A DNA stretch of 40,537 nucleotides from Promethearchaeota archaeon (GCA_048941065.1 JBHLNY010000003.1:1-40537), one strand, 5' to 3'; counted from the first letter of the stretch, positions 1 through 10,924 are shown. Notes: generated by a model not told the origin, from the sequence alone. Program-made: numbers and translations.

Positions 1-137
1 AAAATTGCTTTATCTATCCGTTTTTCTATTTATTAAGCATATTATCAAGGTATAGACGTTTAATGTAATTAAAAATGTTAATCCAAATCTTAAGCATCCA
101 AATTGTGTAAAAGTTTTATTTATGTATTTCTGTAGCA

Positions 138-1439
138 TTAATAATATCTTGGGGGAATCTTACGTAGGCCTTTTATTTTACCTTTTAGAATGGGATCATT
201 AGTATTTTTCATCCACTCAAATAATTTCTGACTTAATTCTATTTTAATATCTTTATAAGCAGAATTGTTAACAAGATTGTTCATTTCATTGGGATCTTTC
301 TGAAGATCATATAATTCTTCTTCACTTCGAGGATTATTAATAAAATCCTTCATAAATTTTCCAGAAGGATCTCTACCAATATCAGAAGGAATCTGATAAA
401 GAGTATTCGACATCTTAAAATTTTTAATATATTTATAATTTTCACTTCTAACTGCTCTTATAGGATCATAAACTTCATGATAGGTCTTTTCAGTATAAAT
501 TTCAGTTCTATGATTTTCAAGTTCGTCATTTAATATTTTTAAAAAATTTTTGCCTTCTATACCATTTGGAATTTGTACTCCAATTAAATCTAGTAATGTA
601 GGTAATAAATCAATATTACTGATCATTTGATCTATTACTAATCCTTGTTTTATTATTTCTGAATTTGGCCATGATATTAATAAGAGTGTTTTAATACCTG
701 GATCATATAAAGTACATTTTGCCCTAGGAAAAGCACCGCCATGATCTGTTGTATATAAAAAGATTGAGTTTTCCCTTAAATCATTCTCTTCTAACAGTTT
801 TAAGATTTTTCCTATATATAGATCAACAAGTTGTACAGCTCCATAAAAGTAGGCCAAATCTTCTCTAACAATCTGATTATCCGGTAAATATGGAGGAATT
901 TTAACGATATTTGGATCAACTGGTTCTGCCCATACTACAAATGGACGGTGAACTTCTGGTACTCCTATACAAACATAGAAAGGATTTTTATCTTCTTTAT
1001 GATGATTGAAAAAATCTATATAATTTTTCTCCATTTTTTTCAGTGAGTATCTAAATTCATAAGTTCTTTTGCTAACAGTATCATATCCTAATGAATAGGC
1101 ATTAAAACTTTCATGCTGAAATCCTAATAAATGAGTAGTGTATCCGCTTTCTTTTAAATACATAGCTAAAGTTTTATTATGTTCTGGCAATGTCCAACCA
1201 CGATCTACGAGACCCATCAATCCATTTTGATGGGGATAAAGAGAAGTTTGGATACTTCCACGGCTGGGACTACATTGAGGTGCAGTACAAAAGTAATTTG
1301 TAAATTTTACTCCATTTAGTGCTAAATTATCAATATTTGGAGTACTAAGGGAATTGGGAGTTTGAAAAGAATCATAACAGCCTAAGAATTGCCCTTGATC
1401 GTGAGTTATGAATAAAATAATATTTGGTTTTTCTTTCAT
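138..1439 (-). CDS. Sulfatase (N-sulfoglucosamine sulfohydrolase-like)
   Basis: 433 aa; KPNIILFITHDQG start, formylglycine motif CSPSR, TTDHG, ELYDLQKDPNEMNNL C-terminal sulfatase motif. Confidence 0.92.
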   Translation of the reverse strand: MKEKPNIILFITHDQGQFLGCYDSFQTPNSLSTPNIDNLALNGVKFTNYFCTAPQCSPSRGSIQTSLYPHQNGLMGLVDRGWTLPEHNKTLAMYLKESGYTTHLLGFQHESFNAYSLGYDTVSKRTYEFRYSLKKMEKNYIDFFNHHKEDKNPFYVCIGVPEVHRPFVVWAEPVDPNIVKIPPYLPDNQIVREDLAYFYGAVQLVDLYIGKILKLLEENDLRENSIFLYTTDHGGAFPRAKCTLYDPGIKTLLLISWPNSEIIKQGLVIDQMISNIDLLPTLLDLIGVQIPNGIEGKNFLKILNDELENHRTEIYTEKTYHEVYDPIRAVRSENYKYIKNFKMSNTLYQIPSDIGRDPSGKFMKDFINNPRSEEELYDLQKDPNEMNNLVNNSAYKDIKIELSQKLFEWMKNTNDPILKGKIKGLRKIPPRYY

Positions 1440-1666
1440 TTTTTTAAAGATATCTAATTTTTTGAATTAAAAAAAATTATCGTGAAACCGTTCTTTTACG
1501 AATTTTTATCTATATCTTGATAACATCAGGATATTATTCAGATATCATTTTTATTTCGAATTTTTACTTCAATTTATCTGAATTTATTAAGTATATGAAT
1601 TAGGTTTATATGTAAATTCTTTTTAATAAAAATAAGATTAGAGAGATTTCTTTATTAACTATTGTT

Positions 1667-2887
1667 ATGAACCAGGAAATTAGGGAAAAAGAAGCTGAAG
1701 TAGAGCATAAGGGATTTAAGATAATTGAAGCAATTATATATGTATTATTTTTCTTAGGTCCATTAACGGGGAATGTTATCTTAGTTCTATTTGGAGCCCT
1801 TTCCTCCGAATTTGAAGTATCTCCAGGCTCAGTATCAATTGCCATTCCATCATTTATGTTTCCATTTGCAATAGTTCAATTATTTTCAGGAGCAATTTCT
1901 GACATCAAAGGAAGGATTCCTATTATCATTTTTGGTTTATCAATTTTTGGATTGGGAATGTTTGTAGCAACTATTTCATTTTCATTATTATTGTACTTAA
2001 TTGCAAACGTTCTTGGTGGTATTGGTTTTGGATTTGTAAATCCAGTTTTAATAGCTTTAATAACAGATATTACAATTGAACCAAAAATTCCTAAAAAAAT
2101 GGGCTATCTTGGCTCAGCAGCGAATTTAGGAGTAGCAATTGGACCAATACTTGCTGGACTCTTGGTTATTATAGGGTGGCGATTTCTTTATCTATTATTT
2201 ATTTTAATTACTTTAATAGGCATTTTTATATTAATTTTTTTAAAAAAACCTCCTCAGCGAACTACTAAAGACTCAGGATTTCATCTTTTTCTTTCTCATT
2301 TGTCTCAAGAAATACGTAGATTTATTGTAATTCTAATGATCATATCAGCATTTTTAAGTTCACAGACTTACTTAGCTATAATTGTGTGGACTTCGCGAGC
2401 TTTCACACATATAATTGATGAAACTCTTGCGGGAATAATTATCGGAAGTGCTGGAATTATGGGAGCAATCTCAGGAATTATTATAGGATACATAATTAAA
2501 AAAAAGGGAGTTAGAATTGCATTACTAATTGGAATAATTTCATTATATATAGGAATTATTATTCTGCTAACAATTAGCGATATTACTAGGAATAATCTGC
2601 TTTTATTCACGACATTTGGTCTTATGTTTGTTGGTATCTCTGGAGGTTCTTTAATCCCTTCAATTATGTATTATAGCCAAACTTTATCTAAGGAGAGACG
2701 CGGAGCTTTAGCAGGGCTCGCTACAGCAGGTCAATTTATTGGAATAGCCCTTGTTCCTATAATTTATGAGTCAATTTTTCATGATAAAGGAATTAAATTG
2801 GTTTATTTTACAGTTTTTATAGTAGCTATCCTCCTTATTATTAGTTTTTCACTATTATACCATATAGAAAAAAGAGCTTCTAATTAA
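1667..2887 (+). CDS. MFS transporter (drug:H+ antiporter-like)
   Basis: 406 aa, ~12 hydrophobic segments, motif A-like GAISDIKGRIP, GVAIGPILAG antiporter motif. Confidence 0.88.
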   Translation: MNQEIREKEAEVEHKGFKIIEAIIYVLFFLGPLTGNVILVLFGALSSEFEVSPGSVSIAIPSFMFPFAIVQLFSGAISDIKGRIPIIIFGLSIFGLGMFVATISFSLLLYLIANVLGGIGFGFVNPVLIALITDITIEPKIPKKMGYLGSAANLGVAIGPILAGLLVIIGWRFLYLLFILITLIGIFILIFLKKPPQRTTKDSGFHLFLSHLSQEIRRFIVILMIISAFLSSQTYLAIIVWTSRAFTHIIDETLAGIIIGSAGIMGAISGIIIGYIIKKKGVRIALLIGIISLYIGIIILLTISDITRNNLLLFTTFGLMFVGISGGSLIPSIMYYSQTLSKERRGALAGLATAGQFIGIALVPIIYESIFHDKGIKLVYFTVFIVAILLIISFSLLYHIEKRASN

Positions 2888-2944
2888 ATAAAAAAAAATT
2901 AGGATATAAAAGTCTAGAATCATAATTTCAATCCTTTAGTTAAC

Positions 2945-5707
2945 TTACTTGGCTATTGTAAGTGCTGCTCCTTCATCAACTTTTTCCTCTGGTTTTGTTT
3001 TTTCTAAGAAATAAGGATCAATTATAGCAGATATCTGTTTAAAATCATAGTGTCTTGCATCAATCGCTTTTAATCGGCACGTTGCTGAGCATTTTCCGCA
3101 TCCTTTACATATCGCAGGGTTAATGATAGCTTTTTTAGTGGCAATACTAACATCCTCATATTCTTGTTTAGAGTCTGTAAGTGATATCGCTTTAAATTGG
3201 CAAACTTCAGCACATCTTCCACAACCATTACATTTTTTGGCATTAACTCTCATATCTTTAAAGAAACACTGAATAGATAACATGAATGAGAGATATTCTA
3301 ATTTCGTTGTTGAAATTTGTTTTACACTTAAGAATCTACTTGCTCGACCAGCTGCTGCATTTGATTGTGATATACAATCCTGAATATTTTTTGGCCATTG
3401 AGCACACCCACAAACGAAGATTCCATGCCCTGCAAAATCCAGAGGTCTTAACTTTGTATGTGCTTCAATAAAAAAACCGTTTTCATCAAGGGGAACATCA
3501 ATCATTTGTGATAAATCCTTTAAATCATTAGGTGGGATCATTGGAGTTGCTAATACTATTAGATCAGTATTAAATTCAATAATATTATTTGGATTAGAAT
3601 CATCTCTCAATTTAATTATATATTTTTCTGGATTCTGTCCTATTTTAATAACATCAGGAATATTTTCTAAATCATATCTAATATAATCGGCAATCTCTTT
3701 CCTTTCACTAAATAGTTCTTCAAGCTCTTTTTTAGCCATATGTAGATCTCTGAATAATACAAGTATCTTAACTCTTGGATTAATTTCCTTCAAGATTTCG
3801 ATATTTTTAATGGCATTACTACAACATACATTCGAACAATATGAGAACCCTCCTTTTTGTCTTGCTTTAACACATAGGATAATGCTCACATGTTTCAACT
3901 TATTAAGCCAAGAGATTTCTTTATCTTTTAGCTTTTTTTCCAGTTCTAAGAGAGTTAAGACATTTTTATTATCTTCATTATATTGAAAAAGACCAATCGG
4001 CTTAAATTCTTGACCTCCTGTTGCAATGATTATAGTTCCAACTCTGAACTGGTGAATTTTATTATTTATGTCTAAGAGGGTAACATCGTAATTTCCAATT
4101 GATCCAGTGATGTTCCTAATTTTTGAATTTAAAAATATTCTAATATTGACATTCTTTCTAACTTCTTCCTCAATATTAAAAAGAAAATCTGATGCACTTT
4201 GTTTAGTAGGGTACAACACATTGATAGAATTTATATTTCCTCCTAACTGTTTATCTTTTTCTAAAATAATTGTTTCAAATCCTTGATTACCTAGATTTAA
4301 TGCAGCAGTCATTCCAGAGATTCCACCTCCTATTACTAATGCCCTTGGATTAATACTAATTGTGCCTTCTTTTGGTAATATATCAATTTCCCTTTCTTTT
4401 AAATGTGAGTATCTTACTGGGCTTAATAATGTTGCTACTTCACTTGCAACAGCACTAGCATTAGCAACTGTTTCTGAAATATTCATTGGGCTTTGAGAAA
4501 AACCACATAAATAGACTCCTTCTTTTGTCGATAAAGATTTATCAAAGTAAGAGGCTGATTTGAGAAAATTGTATTGATCTATTTTGATTCCTAAGATTTT
4601 TGCTAATTTATCTGTCCCCTTTGAAGGTACCAATGGTGCTCCAAGAACAACTAAATTTGCTTTATAAGTTTCATCTTTTCTAGATTTCATATCTTTATAG
4701 TGTATAATTAAATCGTTTGTTTCTAGTTCTTCTTCAATATTTTGTATCTTACTATTAATATATTTGATATGATATTCCTCTTGAGCATTTTTAGTATATT
4801 CATAGAAATCTCGACCAAAAACTCTAATATTATGTCTAAAAACAGTAATTTGAGGAGTTTCAACATAAACCCTTGTTAAAATTGCATTTTTTGCAGTATA
4901 CATACAACATACACGTGAACAATAAGGAATATGATTCTCTAAATACCCTGAACCAGCACATTGTATAAATGCTATTTTCTCAGGTTCTTCTTCATCGCTA
5001 GGTCTTAAGATGTGAGTACCAAATGGCCCAGTTGGGCATAAGATTCTTTCATATTCTAATCCATTAACCACATTCTTATATTGATATCCCCATTTTGAAG
5101 ACAATTCTTCTCCCAGCATGTCAAATCCAGTAGCAACGACGATAGCACCTACATTAAATTCAATTTCTTGAGGTTCCTGATCAAAATCTATTGCCTCACC
5201 CTTGCAAACTTTTTTACATACCCCACATACTTCTCTGTTTAAAAATAAACATAATTTTGGGTCAATTAAATATACTGGAGGTGTTGCTTGGGGGAAAGGG
5301 ATATAAATTGATTTTCTTTTTCCTAAATTCATGTCAAAGATATTCGGGGCTTCAATCTTTGGGCATTTCGCAGCACAATCTCCACATCCCTTACACTTGG
5401 TTTCATCAACATATCTCGGGTTCTTAATTATAGATACCTTAAAATTTCCCGAGTTTCCACTAACTTTTTTAACCTCAGATAGAGTAAATAGCTCAATATT
5501 AGGATTCTTGTAAACAGCAACCATTTTTGGAGCAAGCATACATAAGCTACAGTCATTTGCTGGAAATATTTTATCAAATTGTGCCATATGGCCTCCAATT
5601 GATGCTTCTTTCTCTATTAAGTAAACTTTAAACCCTAATTCAGTCAAATCTAATGAGGTTTGGATTCCTGCTATCCCTCCACCAATTACTAAGACAGAAC
5701 CTTCCAA
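2945..5707 (-). CDS. hdrA: HdrA-like flavoprotein, double FAD-domain form lacking the internal Fe-S domain (TTG start)
   Basis: 920 aa; two VIGGG(I)xG Rossmann motifs, DCSLC, ferredoxin CKGCGDCAAKC, YCSRVCCMY, C-terminal 2x[4Fe-4S]; close paralog of 6554-9640. Confidence 0.9.
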   Translation of the reverse strand: MEGSVLVIGGGIAGIQTSLDLTELGFKVYLIEKEASIGGHMAQFDKIFPANDCSLCMLAPKMVAVYKNPNIELFTLSEVKKVSGNSGNFKVSIIKNPRYVDETKCKGCGDCAAKCPKIEAPNIFDMNLGKRKSIYIPFPQATPPVYLIDPKLCLFLNREVCGVCKKVCKGEAIDFDQEPQEIEFNVGAIVVATGFDMLGEELSSKWGYQYKNVVNGLEYERILCPTGPFGTHILRPSDEEEPEKIAFIQCAGSGYLENHIPYCSRVCCMYTAKNAILTRVYVETPQITVFRHNIRVFGRDFYEYTKNAQEEYHIKYINSKIQNIEEELETNDLIIHYKDMKSRKDETYKANLVVLGAPLVPSKGTDKLAKILGIKIDQYNFLKSASYFDKSLSTKEGVYLCGFSQSPMNISETVANASAVASEVATLLSPVRYSHLKEREIDILPKEGTISINPRALVIGGGISGMTAALNLGNQGFETIILEKDKQLGGNINSINVLYPTKQSASDFLFNIEEEVRKNVNIRIFLNSKIRNITGSIGNYDVTLLDINNKIHQFRVGTIIIATGGQEFKPIGLFQYNEDNKNVLTLLELEKKLKDKEISWLNKLKHVSIILCVKARQKGGFSYCSNVCCSNAIKNIEILKEINPRVKILVLFRDLHMAKKELEELFSERKEIADYIRYDLENIPDVIKIGQNPEKYIIKLRDDSNPNNIIEFNTDLIVLATPMIPPNDLKDLSQMIDVPLDENGFFIEAHTKLRPLDFAGHGIFVCGCAQWPKNIQDCISQSNAAAGRASRFLSVKQISTTKLEYLSFMLSIQCFFKDMRVNAKKCNGCGRCAEVCQFKAISLTDSKQEYEDVSIATKKAIINPAICKGCGKCSATCRLKAIDARHYDFKQISAIIDPYFLEKTKPEEKVDEGAALTIAK

Positions 5708-5874
5708 TGAATTTACCTCTTAAAAATATTAAATTAAATTCTTTTTCAAATATTTATTAGAAAAATCTCTTAACAAATCAGTAAAGAAAATTTTCGCTAA
5801 TTATAAGATGAGTATAAGCATTTATTTAAGTATTATGCTCAAAAATGTCGAATTCCATTAATAATATAAGATTA

Positions 5875-5893
5875 TTCTGAAAATTTTTCAGAA
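5875..5893. promoter_or_regulatory. 19-bp palindrome TTCTGAAAA-T-TTTTCAGAA upstream of the 920-aa hdrA; possible operator
   Basis: Perfect 9-bp arms in the 384-bp intergenic region; AT-rich so may be chance. Confidence 0.3.
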
Positions 5894-6091
5894 ATATTTG
5901 TTTGAAAGCAATAATTTTTTAAAGAAGAGTCTATCACTTTCGTGAATTTTGATCCAGATTGTTAAATAATTCTGTATCATTTATCGTAATTAGAAATATT
6001 GACATTCATTTTTTATTAAATTCAGTCATGATCACTTTTTCAACATTTTTAGAAAGAACTAGAGATTTTTATTTTCTTTATATAGATTTAA

Positions 6092-6532
6092 CTAAAGAAC
6101 CTTTAATGGTCCTAATTCCTTTATTTGATTTGTAAATTCTGTTATCAAATCAGCAAACCGCTTTCCTTCTGATGCACTTACCCATTCTAGTCTAACTCTT
6201 TTTTCATTAATTCCTAATTGCTTTATTATTATTTCATGTAATCTTCCAAATCTTTCTTGTGCATATTCATTTCCAGAAATATAATGACAATCACCAATAT
6301 GGCATCCAGTTATGAGTACCCCATCTGCTCCTTCCTTTAAAGCTTTAATTACAAATGAGGGATCAACTCTTCCAGAACACATTACACGCACAATTCTCAT
6401 ATTCGGGGGATATTGAAATCTGGAAACCCCTGCTAAATCTGCTCCTGCGTAGGAACACCAGTTACAACAAAAAACTAATATTTCTGGATTAAAGTCTGGG
6501 AATCTTCCTTTCGCTTTTGCTTTCGGCATCAC
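6092..6532 (-). CDS. mvhD: MvhD/FlxD [2Fe-2S] subunit, Cys form (start GTG 6532 or ATG 6529)
   Basis: FCCNWCSYAGADLAG, VMCSGRVD, GCHIGDCHY, WVSASEG are all MvhD signatures. Confidence 0.95.
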   Translation of the reverse strand: MMPKAKAKGRFPDFNPEILVFCCNWCSYAGADLAGVSRFQYPPNMRIVRVMCSGRVDPSFVIKALKEGADGVLITGCHIGDCHYISGNEYAQERFGRLHEIIIKQLGINEKRVRLEWVSASEGKRFADLITEFTNQIKELGPLKVL

Positions 6533-6553
6533 TTAACATTTCATTAAATATTT

Positions 6554-9500
6554 TTACACTTCTAATAAATATGACTCTATCATGGCAGTTATTTGGTCAA
6601 AATCGTATTGCATTATTGATATGGCTCCATTTGGGCAAGTGGCAGCACAAGTGCCACATCCTTTACATAATGCAGAATTAACAAACGATTTTTTTACTAT
6701 TAAGCTCACATCTTCAAATTCTTTAATAGATTCTAAAATATCTATAGCATTATACGGGCATACGGATTCACATTTTCCACATCCAATGCAATTTATTGGG
6801 TTCACTTCTGCGACTATTCCTGAAGTTTTAATTTCCTTGGCACTTAAAAACCTACTTGCCCTTCCTGCAGCTCCATTTGCTTGAGAAATCGAATCTTGTA
6901 TATTTTTTGGCCATTGTGCGCATCCACATAGGAAAATACCATCTGTGGCAAAATCTAGTGGTCTTAATTTTACATGAGCTTCTAGGAAAAATCCAGTTCT
7001 ATCAAGAGGCACTTTTAATTTTTTAGCTAATTCATCTAAATTATCTGCTGGAATTATGGGAGTTGATAATACAATTAAATCAGTATCAAATTCTAAAAAA
7101 TCTTGGAGATTGGTATCGTAAAATTTAATATTATATTTTTCAGGATTTTTACTTTTTTTACTGATGATTGGAAGATTATCTAAATCATATCTTAAAAATA
7201 TAGCATCCCTTCTATGTTTTCGATAATATTCCTCATACTTTTTCTTAGCCATTTGAAGATCTCTATAGAGTACGATAATTTCAAGTTCTGGTTTTAATTT
7301 TTTTAAAAGTCCAATATTTTTAATAGAATTCCCACAACAAATATTAGAACAATAAGTAATTCCTTCAGTTTGCCTCGCATTTACACACAAGATCGTTGTT
7401 ATTCGATCAATATTATCAAGCCAAGATTTTCCTTTATCTTTTAATTTTTGTTCTAATTCTAATTGGGTTAGAACATTTTTATTTTCTTTTTTATATTGGA
7501 ACAAATCCTTCGGTTTATATTCTTTACCTCCAGTAGCGACAATAATGGTCCCAATACTTAAGTCTTGAGTATTATTTTCTGAATCGATAATAGTTACCAC
7601 GTAATTACCAACATACCCTTTAATATCTTTTACTTTTGCATTTAGAAAGATTTGTATATTTTTATTTTGTTTAACCTTTCCAATAGTCAATTTAAGGAAG
7701 TTTGAGGCGTTTTCTTCGATAGGGTATAAAATATTTAAGTTATTTAAATTTCCGCCTAAGAAACTCTCTTTTTCTACTAAAAATGTTTTAAATCCTTGGT
7801 CAGCAATGTTTAAGGCGGCACTCATTCCAGCAATTCCACCACCGATAATTAATGCTGTTGGGGTGATCTTTAATAATTCTTCTTTCAAAGGTTTTAATAA
7901 TCTTGATTTGGCAATAGCCATTCTAATTAAATCTTTAGCTTTTTGAGTTGCTGCTTCTAAGTCATCCATATGAACCCATGAACATTGATCTCTAATATTT
8001 ACCATTTCAAACAAATATTTATTTAATCCTGCTTCTTGACAGGTTTCCTGAAATAAGGCCTCATGAGTTCTAGGCGTACACGAAGCTACAATAAATCTAT
8101 TTAACTTATGATCTTTTATTAATTCTTTAATTCGCGCTTGAGAATCAGAACTACAAGAATATAAATTATCTTCACAATGTACTACATTAGGTAAAGTTCT
8201 TACATATTCAGCAAGTAGAGGTACTTGAACATATTTACCTATATTAATTCCACAATGACAGATTAGAACTCCTATCCTAGGTTCATCCGTTGTTTTAATA
8301 TCTAATTCAGGTATTTCTAACTCTTTCTCTTTTACTTTATCAAATTTGACAGAATTTAAAAAAGCAGCAACTTGACCTGCTACACCACTTGCATCAGCAA
8401 CAGTTTCTGGTATATCCATCGGACCTTGACAAAATCCGCATAAAAAAATTCCATCTCTAGTCGATTGAGATTTATTAAAGTAATCTTTTTCCTTGAAGAA
8501 CTGATATTCATCCAGCTCTATGTCCAAAACTTTTGCTACATTTTCAGTTCCATTAGATGGAACTAATGGAGTAGCTAATACGACTAAGTTAGCTTTAAAA
8601 TCATCAAATTCTCCTGTTTTTAAATTTTCATAATGAATAATTAAATCATGAGTTTCGGAGTCCTCTTCTATTTTACTAATCTTTGTTTGAAAATATTTTA
8701 CACCATATTCTTTTTGGGCTCTCTGTGTAAATTCATAAAAGTTTTTACCATATGCTCTAATATCATGCCGAAATACAAAACATTGAGAATTATCAGAGTG
8801 TTCTTTTGTTATTATTGCTTCTTTTGCTGTATACATGCAACAAACACTAGAACAATAAGGTATACCTTCATGTAAATCTCTTGAACCTGCACACTGCACA
8901 AAAGCTATTTTTTCAGGTTCTTTTTGATCACTAGGTCTTAAAACATGACCCCCAAAAGGTCCTGATGCACACAAAATTCTTTCATATTCAAGAGCACTTA
9001 CAACATTATCATATTGATATCCCCACCTTGAAGATAGATTTTCAGCTGGCATATCAAATCCGGTAGCAACTACAATAGCTCCCACTTTTAACTCTAATTC
9101 TTTAGGTTTTTGTTCAAAATCTATTGCTTCAGCCTGACATACTTTAGCACATACACCACATACTCCTTTATTTATTTTTAAGCATAATTCAGGATCTATT
9201 AGATATACCGGGGGAACTGCTTGGGGGAAAGGAATATATGCTGACTTTCTCTTACCTAGATTCATATCAAAGAGATTAGGTACCTCTATTTTTGGACATT
9301 TCGCAGCGCAATCGCCACATCCTTTACATTTTGTCTCGTCTATATAACGAGGTTTCTTAAGAACTTTAATTGTAAAGTCTCCAGGTTTTCCTTTTACTTC
9401 TTGCACTTCATGATAAGTCATTAACTCTATATTGGGATTTCGAAATACTTCAACCATTTTAGGAGCAAGTATACATAGCGAGCAATCATTTGTGGGAAAA

Positions 9501-9640
9501 GTTTTGTCAAGTTGAGCCATTCTGCCTCCAATTGAAGGTGCTTTTTCCACTAAATAAACTTTAAACCCTAATTCAGTAAGATCTAAAGAAGTTTGTATCC
9601 CAGCAATGCCTCCTCCGATAACTAAGACTGATCCTTCCAT
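6554..9640 (-). CDS. hdrA: HdrA-like flavoprotein, permuted double FAD-domain form (Cys)
   Basis: 1028 aa; FPTNDCSLCILAPKM, inserted ferredoxin, YCSSVCCMY, internal IGVLICHCGINI/ASCTPRTHE/NIRDQCSW domain, second Rossmann motif, C-terminal ferredoxin. Confidence 0.93.
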   Translation of the reverse strand: MEGSVLVIGGGIAGIQTSLDLTELGFKVYLVEKAPSIGGRMAQLDKTFPTNDCSLCILAPKMVEVFRNPNIELMTYHEVQEVKGKPGDFTIKVLKKPRYIDETKCKGCGDCAAKCPKIEVPNLFDMNLGKRKSAYIPFPQAVPPVYLIDPELCLKINKGVCGVCAKVCQAEAIDFEQKPKELELKVGAIVVATGFDMPAENLSSRWGYQYDNVVSALEYERILCASGPFGGHVLRPSDQKEPEKIAFVQCAGSRDLHEGIPYCSSVCCMYTAKEAIITKEHSDNSQCFVFRHDIRAYGKNFYEFTQRAQKEYGVKYFQTKISKIEEDSETHDLIIHYENLKTGEFDDFKANLVVLATPLVPSNGTENVAKVLDIELDEYQFFKEKDYFNKSQSTRDGIFLCGFCQGPMDIPETVADASGVAGQVAAFLNSVKFDKVKEKELEIPELDIKTTDEPRIGVLICHCGINIGKYVQVPLLAEYVRTLPNVVHCEDNLYSCSSDSQARIKELIKDHKLNRFIVASCTPRTHEALFQETCQEAGLNKYLFEMVNIRDQCSWVHMDDLEAATQKAKDLIRMAIAKSRLLKPLKEELLKITPTALIIGGGIAGMSAALNIADQGFKTFLVEKESFLGGNLNNLNILYPIEENASNFLKLTIGKVKQNKNIQIFLNAKVKDIKGYVGNYVVTIIDSENNTQDLSIGTIIVATGGKEYKPKDLFQYKKENKNVLTQLELEQKLKDKGKSWLDNIDRITTILCVNARQTEGITYCSNICCGNSIKNIGLLKKLKPELEIIVLYRDLQMAKKKYEEYYRKHRRDAIFLRYDLDNLPIISKKSKNPEKYNIKFYDTNLQDFLEFDTDLIVLSTPIIPADNLDELAKKLKVPLDRTGFFLEAHVKLRPLDFATDGIFLCGCAQWPKNIQDSISQANGAAGRASRFLSAKEIKTSGIVAEVNPINCIGCGKCESVCPYNAIDILESIKEFEDVSLIVKKSFVNSALCKGCGTCAATCPNGAISIMQYDFDQITAMIESYLLEV

Positions 9641-10860
9641 TATTTCTTTGCTTCACCTTTTTTACTAGAGTTGACTAACTTTATATGTTTAAGTAAAAAT
9701 TCAGAGAAATCTAAAATTTGAATTGATGCAATATCTTCAAAGTCATCCTGAAGACAACTAAGGTGTATTCTGCATTTAGGACAGGAAGTTACCATTATAT
9801 TTCCTGCAGATTTTGCTTCTAACATACGCTTATATCGCAGGGCTTTAGATTTTTCATTACAGTTCATCCAAGAACTTACACCACAACATAACGCATCTTT
9901 CTTGTTATGCTTCATCTCGTTAAAATCATAACCTAATTCTTTGAATTCTTTAAAAATCTCTCGAACCTTTTCCATTATATTGTTATCTTTAGGTAAAAAT
10001 CTACTTAATCTACATGGATCATGATAAGTGAAAGGAATTTTCTCACTTTTTTTGTCTGGATTTTTAAATTCAATTACGTTTTCTTTCCAATTATCATAAA
10101 TATATTCGATTATATGTTTAACATCAAATTTATCATTAAAATCTTCAAATATATTGGGATAATCAACTCTAAATGTCCTATAACATTCAGCACAGGCAGT
10201 TACTATCGTAGAAATTCCCGCTTTTTTAAACATTTCAATATTTTTCTTAGCTAACTTAATAAATGTCTTCAATTTTCCTTGTCCCCAATAAATATCATGA
10301 CCACAACAATTTTCTTCTTTAAATACGACTATAGGTTCTTTTTCGATTTGGTATAATATTTTTAATGTACTTACCGCAATATTATCTAAATTCTCAAATT
10401 CATAATTAAAGAAGGGTAAACAGCCTACATAATATAAAATATTTCCCTTATCAGAAATTTTACATCCTTTAGGAATCCAATCAAGTGAGCGTTCAGGTGT
10501 TATATAAGGGCGACTCATGATTTCAGATATTGTCGTATAAATTCCTTTATGAGCGACAATTTCATCAGGTTTTTGTTTAACTGAATGTCTCATTTTATAT
10601 CTAGCAATTCTTACTATATCTGCAAAATTAATTTCTTCCGGACAATCTTTGAGACATTGATTACATGTTAAACAATCCCACAATTCACCATTTTCAAGTA
10701 CTTTATCTTCAAACCCTTCTAATATTAGTTGAATCATTTTACTTGGGGTATATTTTTGAACTTTGCTTAACTGACAGACACCACTGCAACGTCCACACTG
10801 ATAACATTTCTTAAGTAGATTCCTTAGATCTGGTTTATATATTTTTTCTAAATAATCCAA
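9640..10860 (-). CDS. HdrD/GlpC-like Fe-S oxidoreductase (HdrC-like 2x[4Fe-4S] plus two CCG domains)
   Basis: CYQCGRCSGVC and CLTCNQCLKDC; YVGC..ENCCG..TACAEC and YHDPC..LCCG..TSCPKC; stop overlaps the hdrA start (TAATG); true start may be further upstream. Confidence 0.88.
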   Translation of the reverse strand: MDYLEKIYKPDLRNLLKKCYQCGRCSGVCQLSKVQKYTPSKMIQLILEGFEDKVLENGELWDCLTCNQCLKDCPEEINFADIVRIARYKMRHSVKQKPDEIVAHKGIYTTISEIMSRPYITPERSLDWIPKGCKISDKGNILYYVGCLPFFNYEFENLDNIAVSTLKILYQIEKEPIVVFKEENCCGHDIYWGQGKLKTFIKLAKKNIEMFKKAGISTIVTACAECYRTFRVDYPNIFEDFNDKFDVKHIIEYIYDNWKENVIEFKNPDKKSEKIPFTYHDPCRLSRFLPKDNNIMEKVREIFKEFKELGYDFNEMKHNKKDALCCGVSSWMNCNEKSKALRYKRMLEAKSAGNIMVTSCPKCRIHLSCLQDDFEDIASIQILDFSEFLLKHIKLVNSSKKGEAKK

Positions 10861-10924
10861 TGTATCCGAAAATAATTTTTTCCGTTCGATATCTCTTTTT
10901 GATTCCGTTATGGTGATCTCATCT

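Noticed and set aside
5950-5982. AUGA-containing hairpin on the minus strand downstream of Cys-mvhD as a second SECIS
   Set aside because: The helix is poorly paired, the GA/GA register does not fit, and the adjacent upstream genes contain no TGA.
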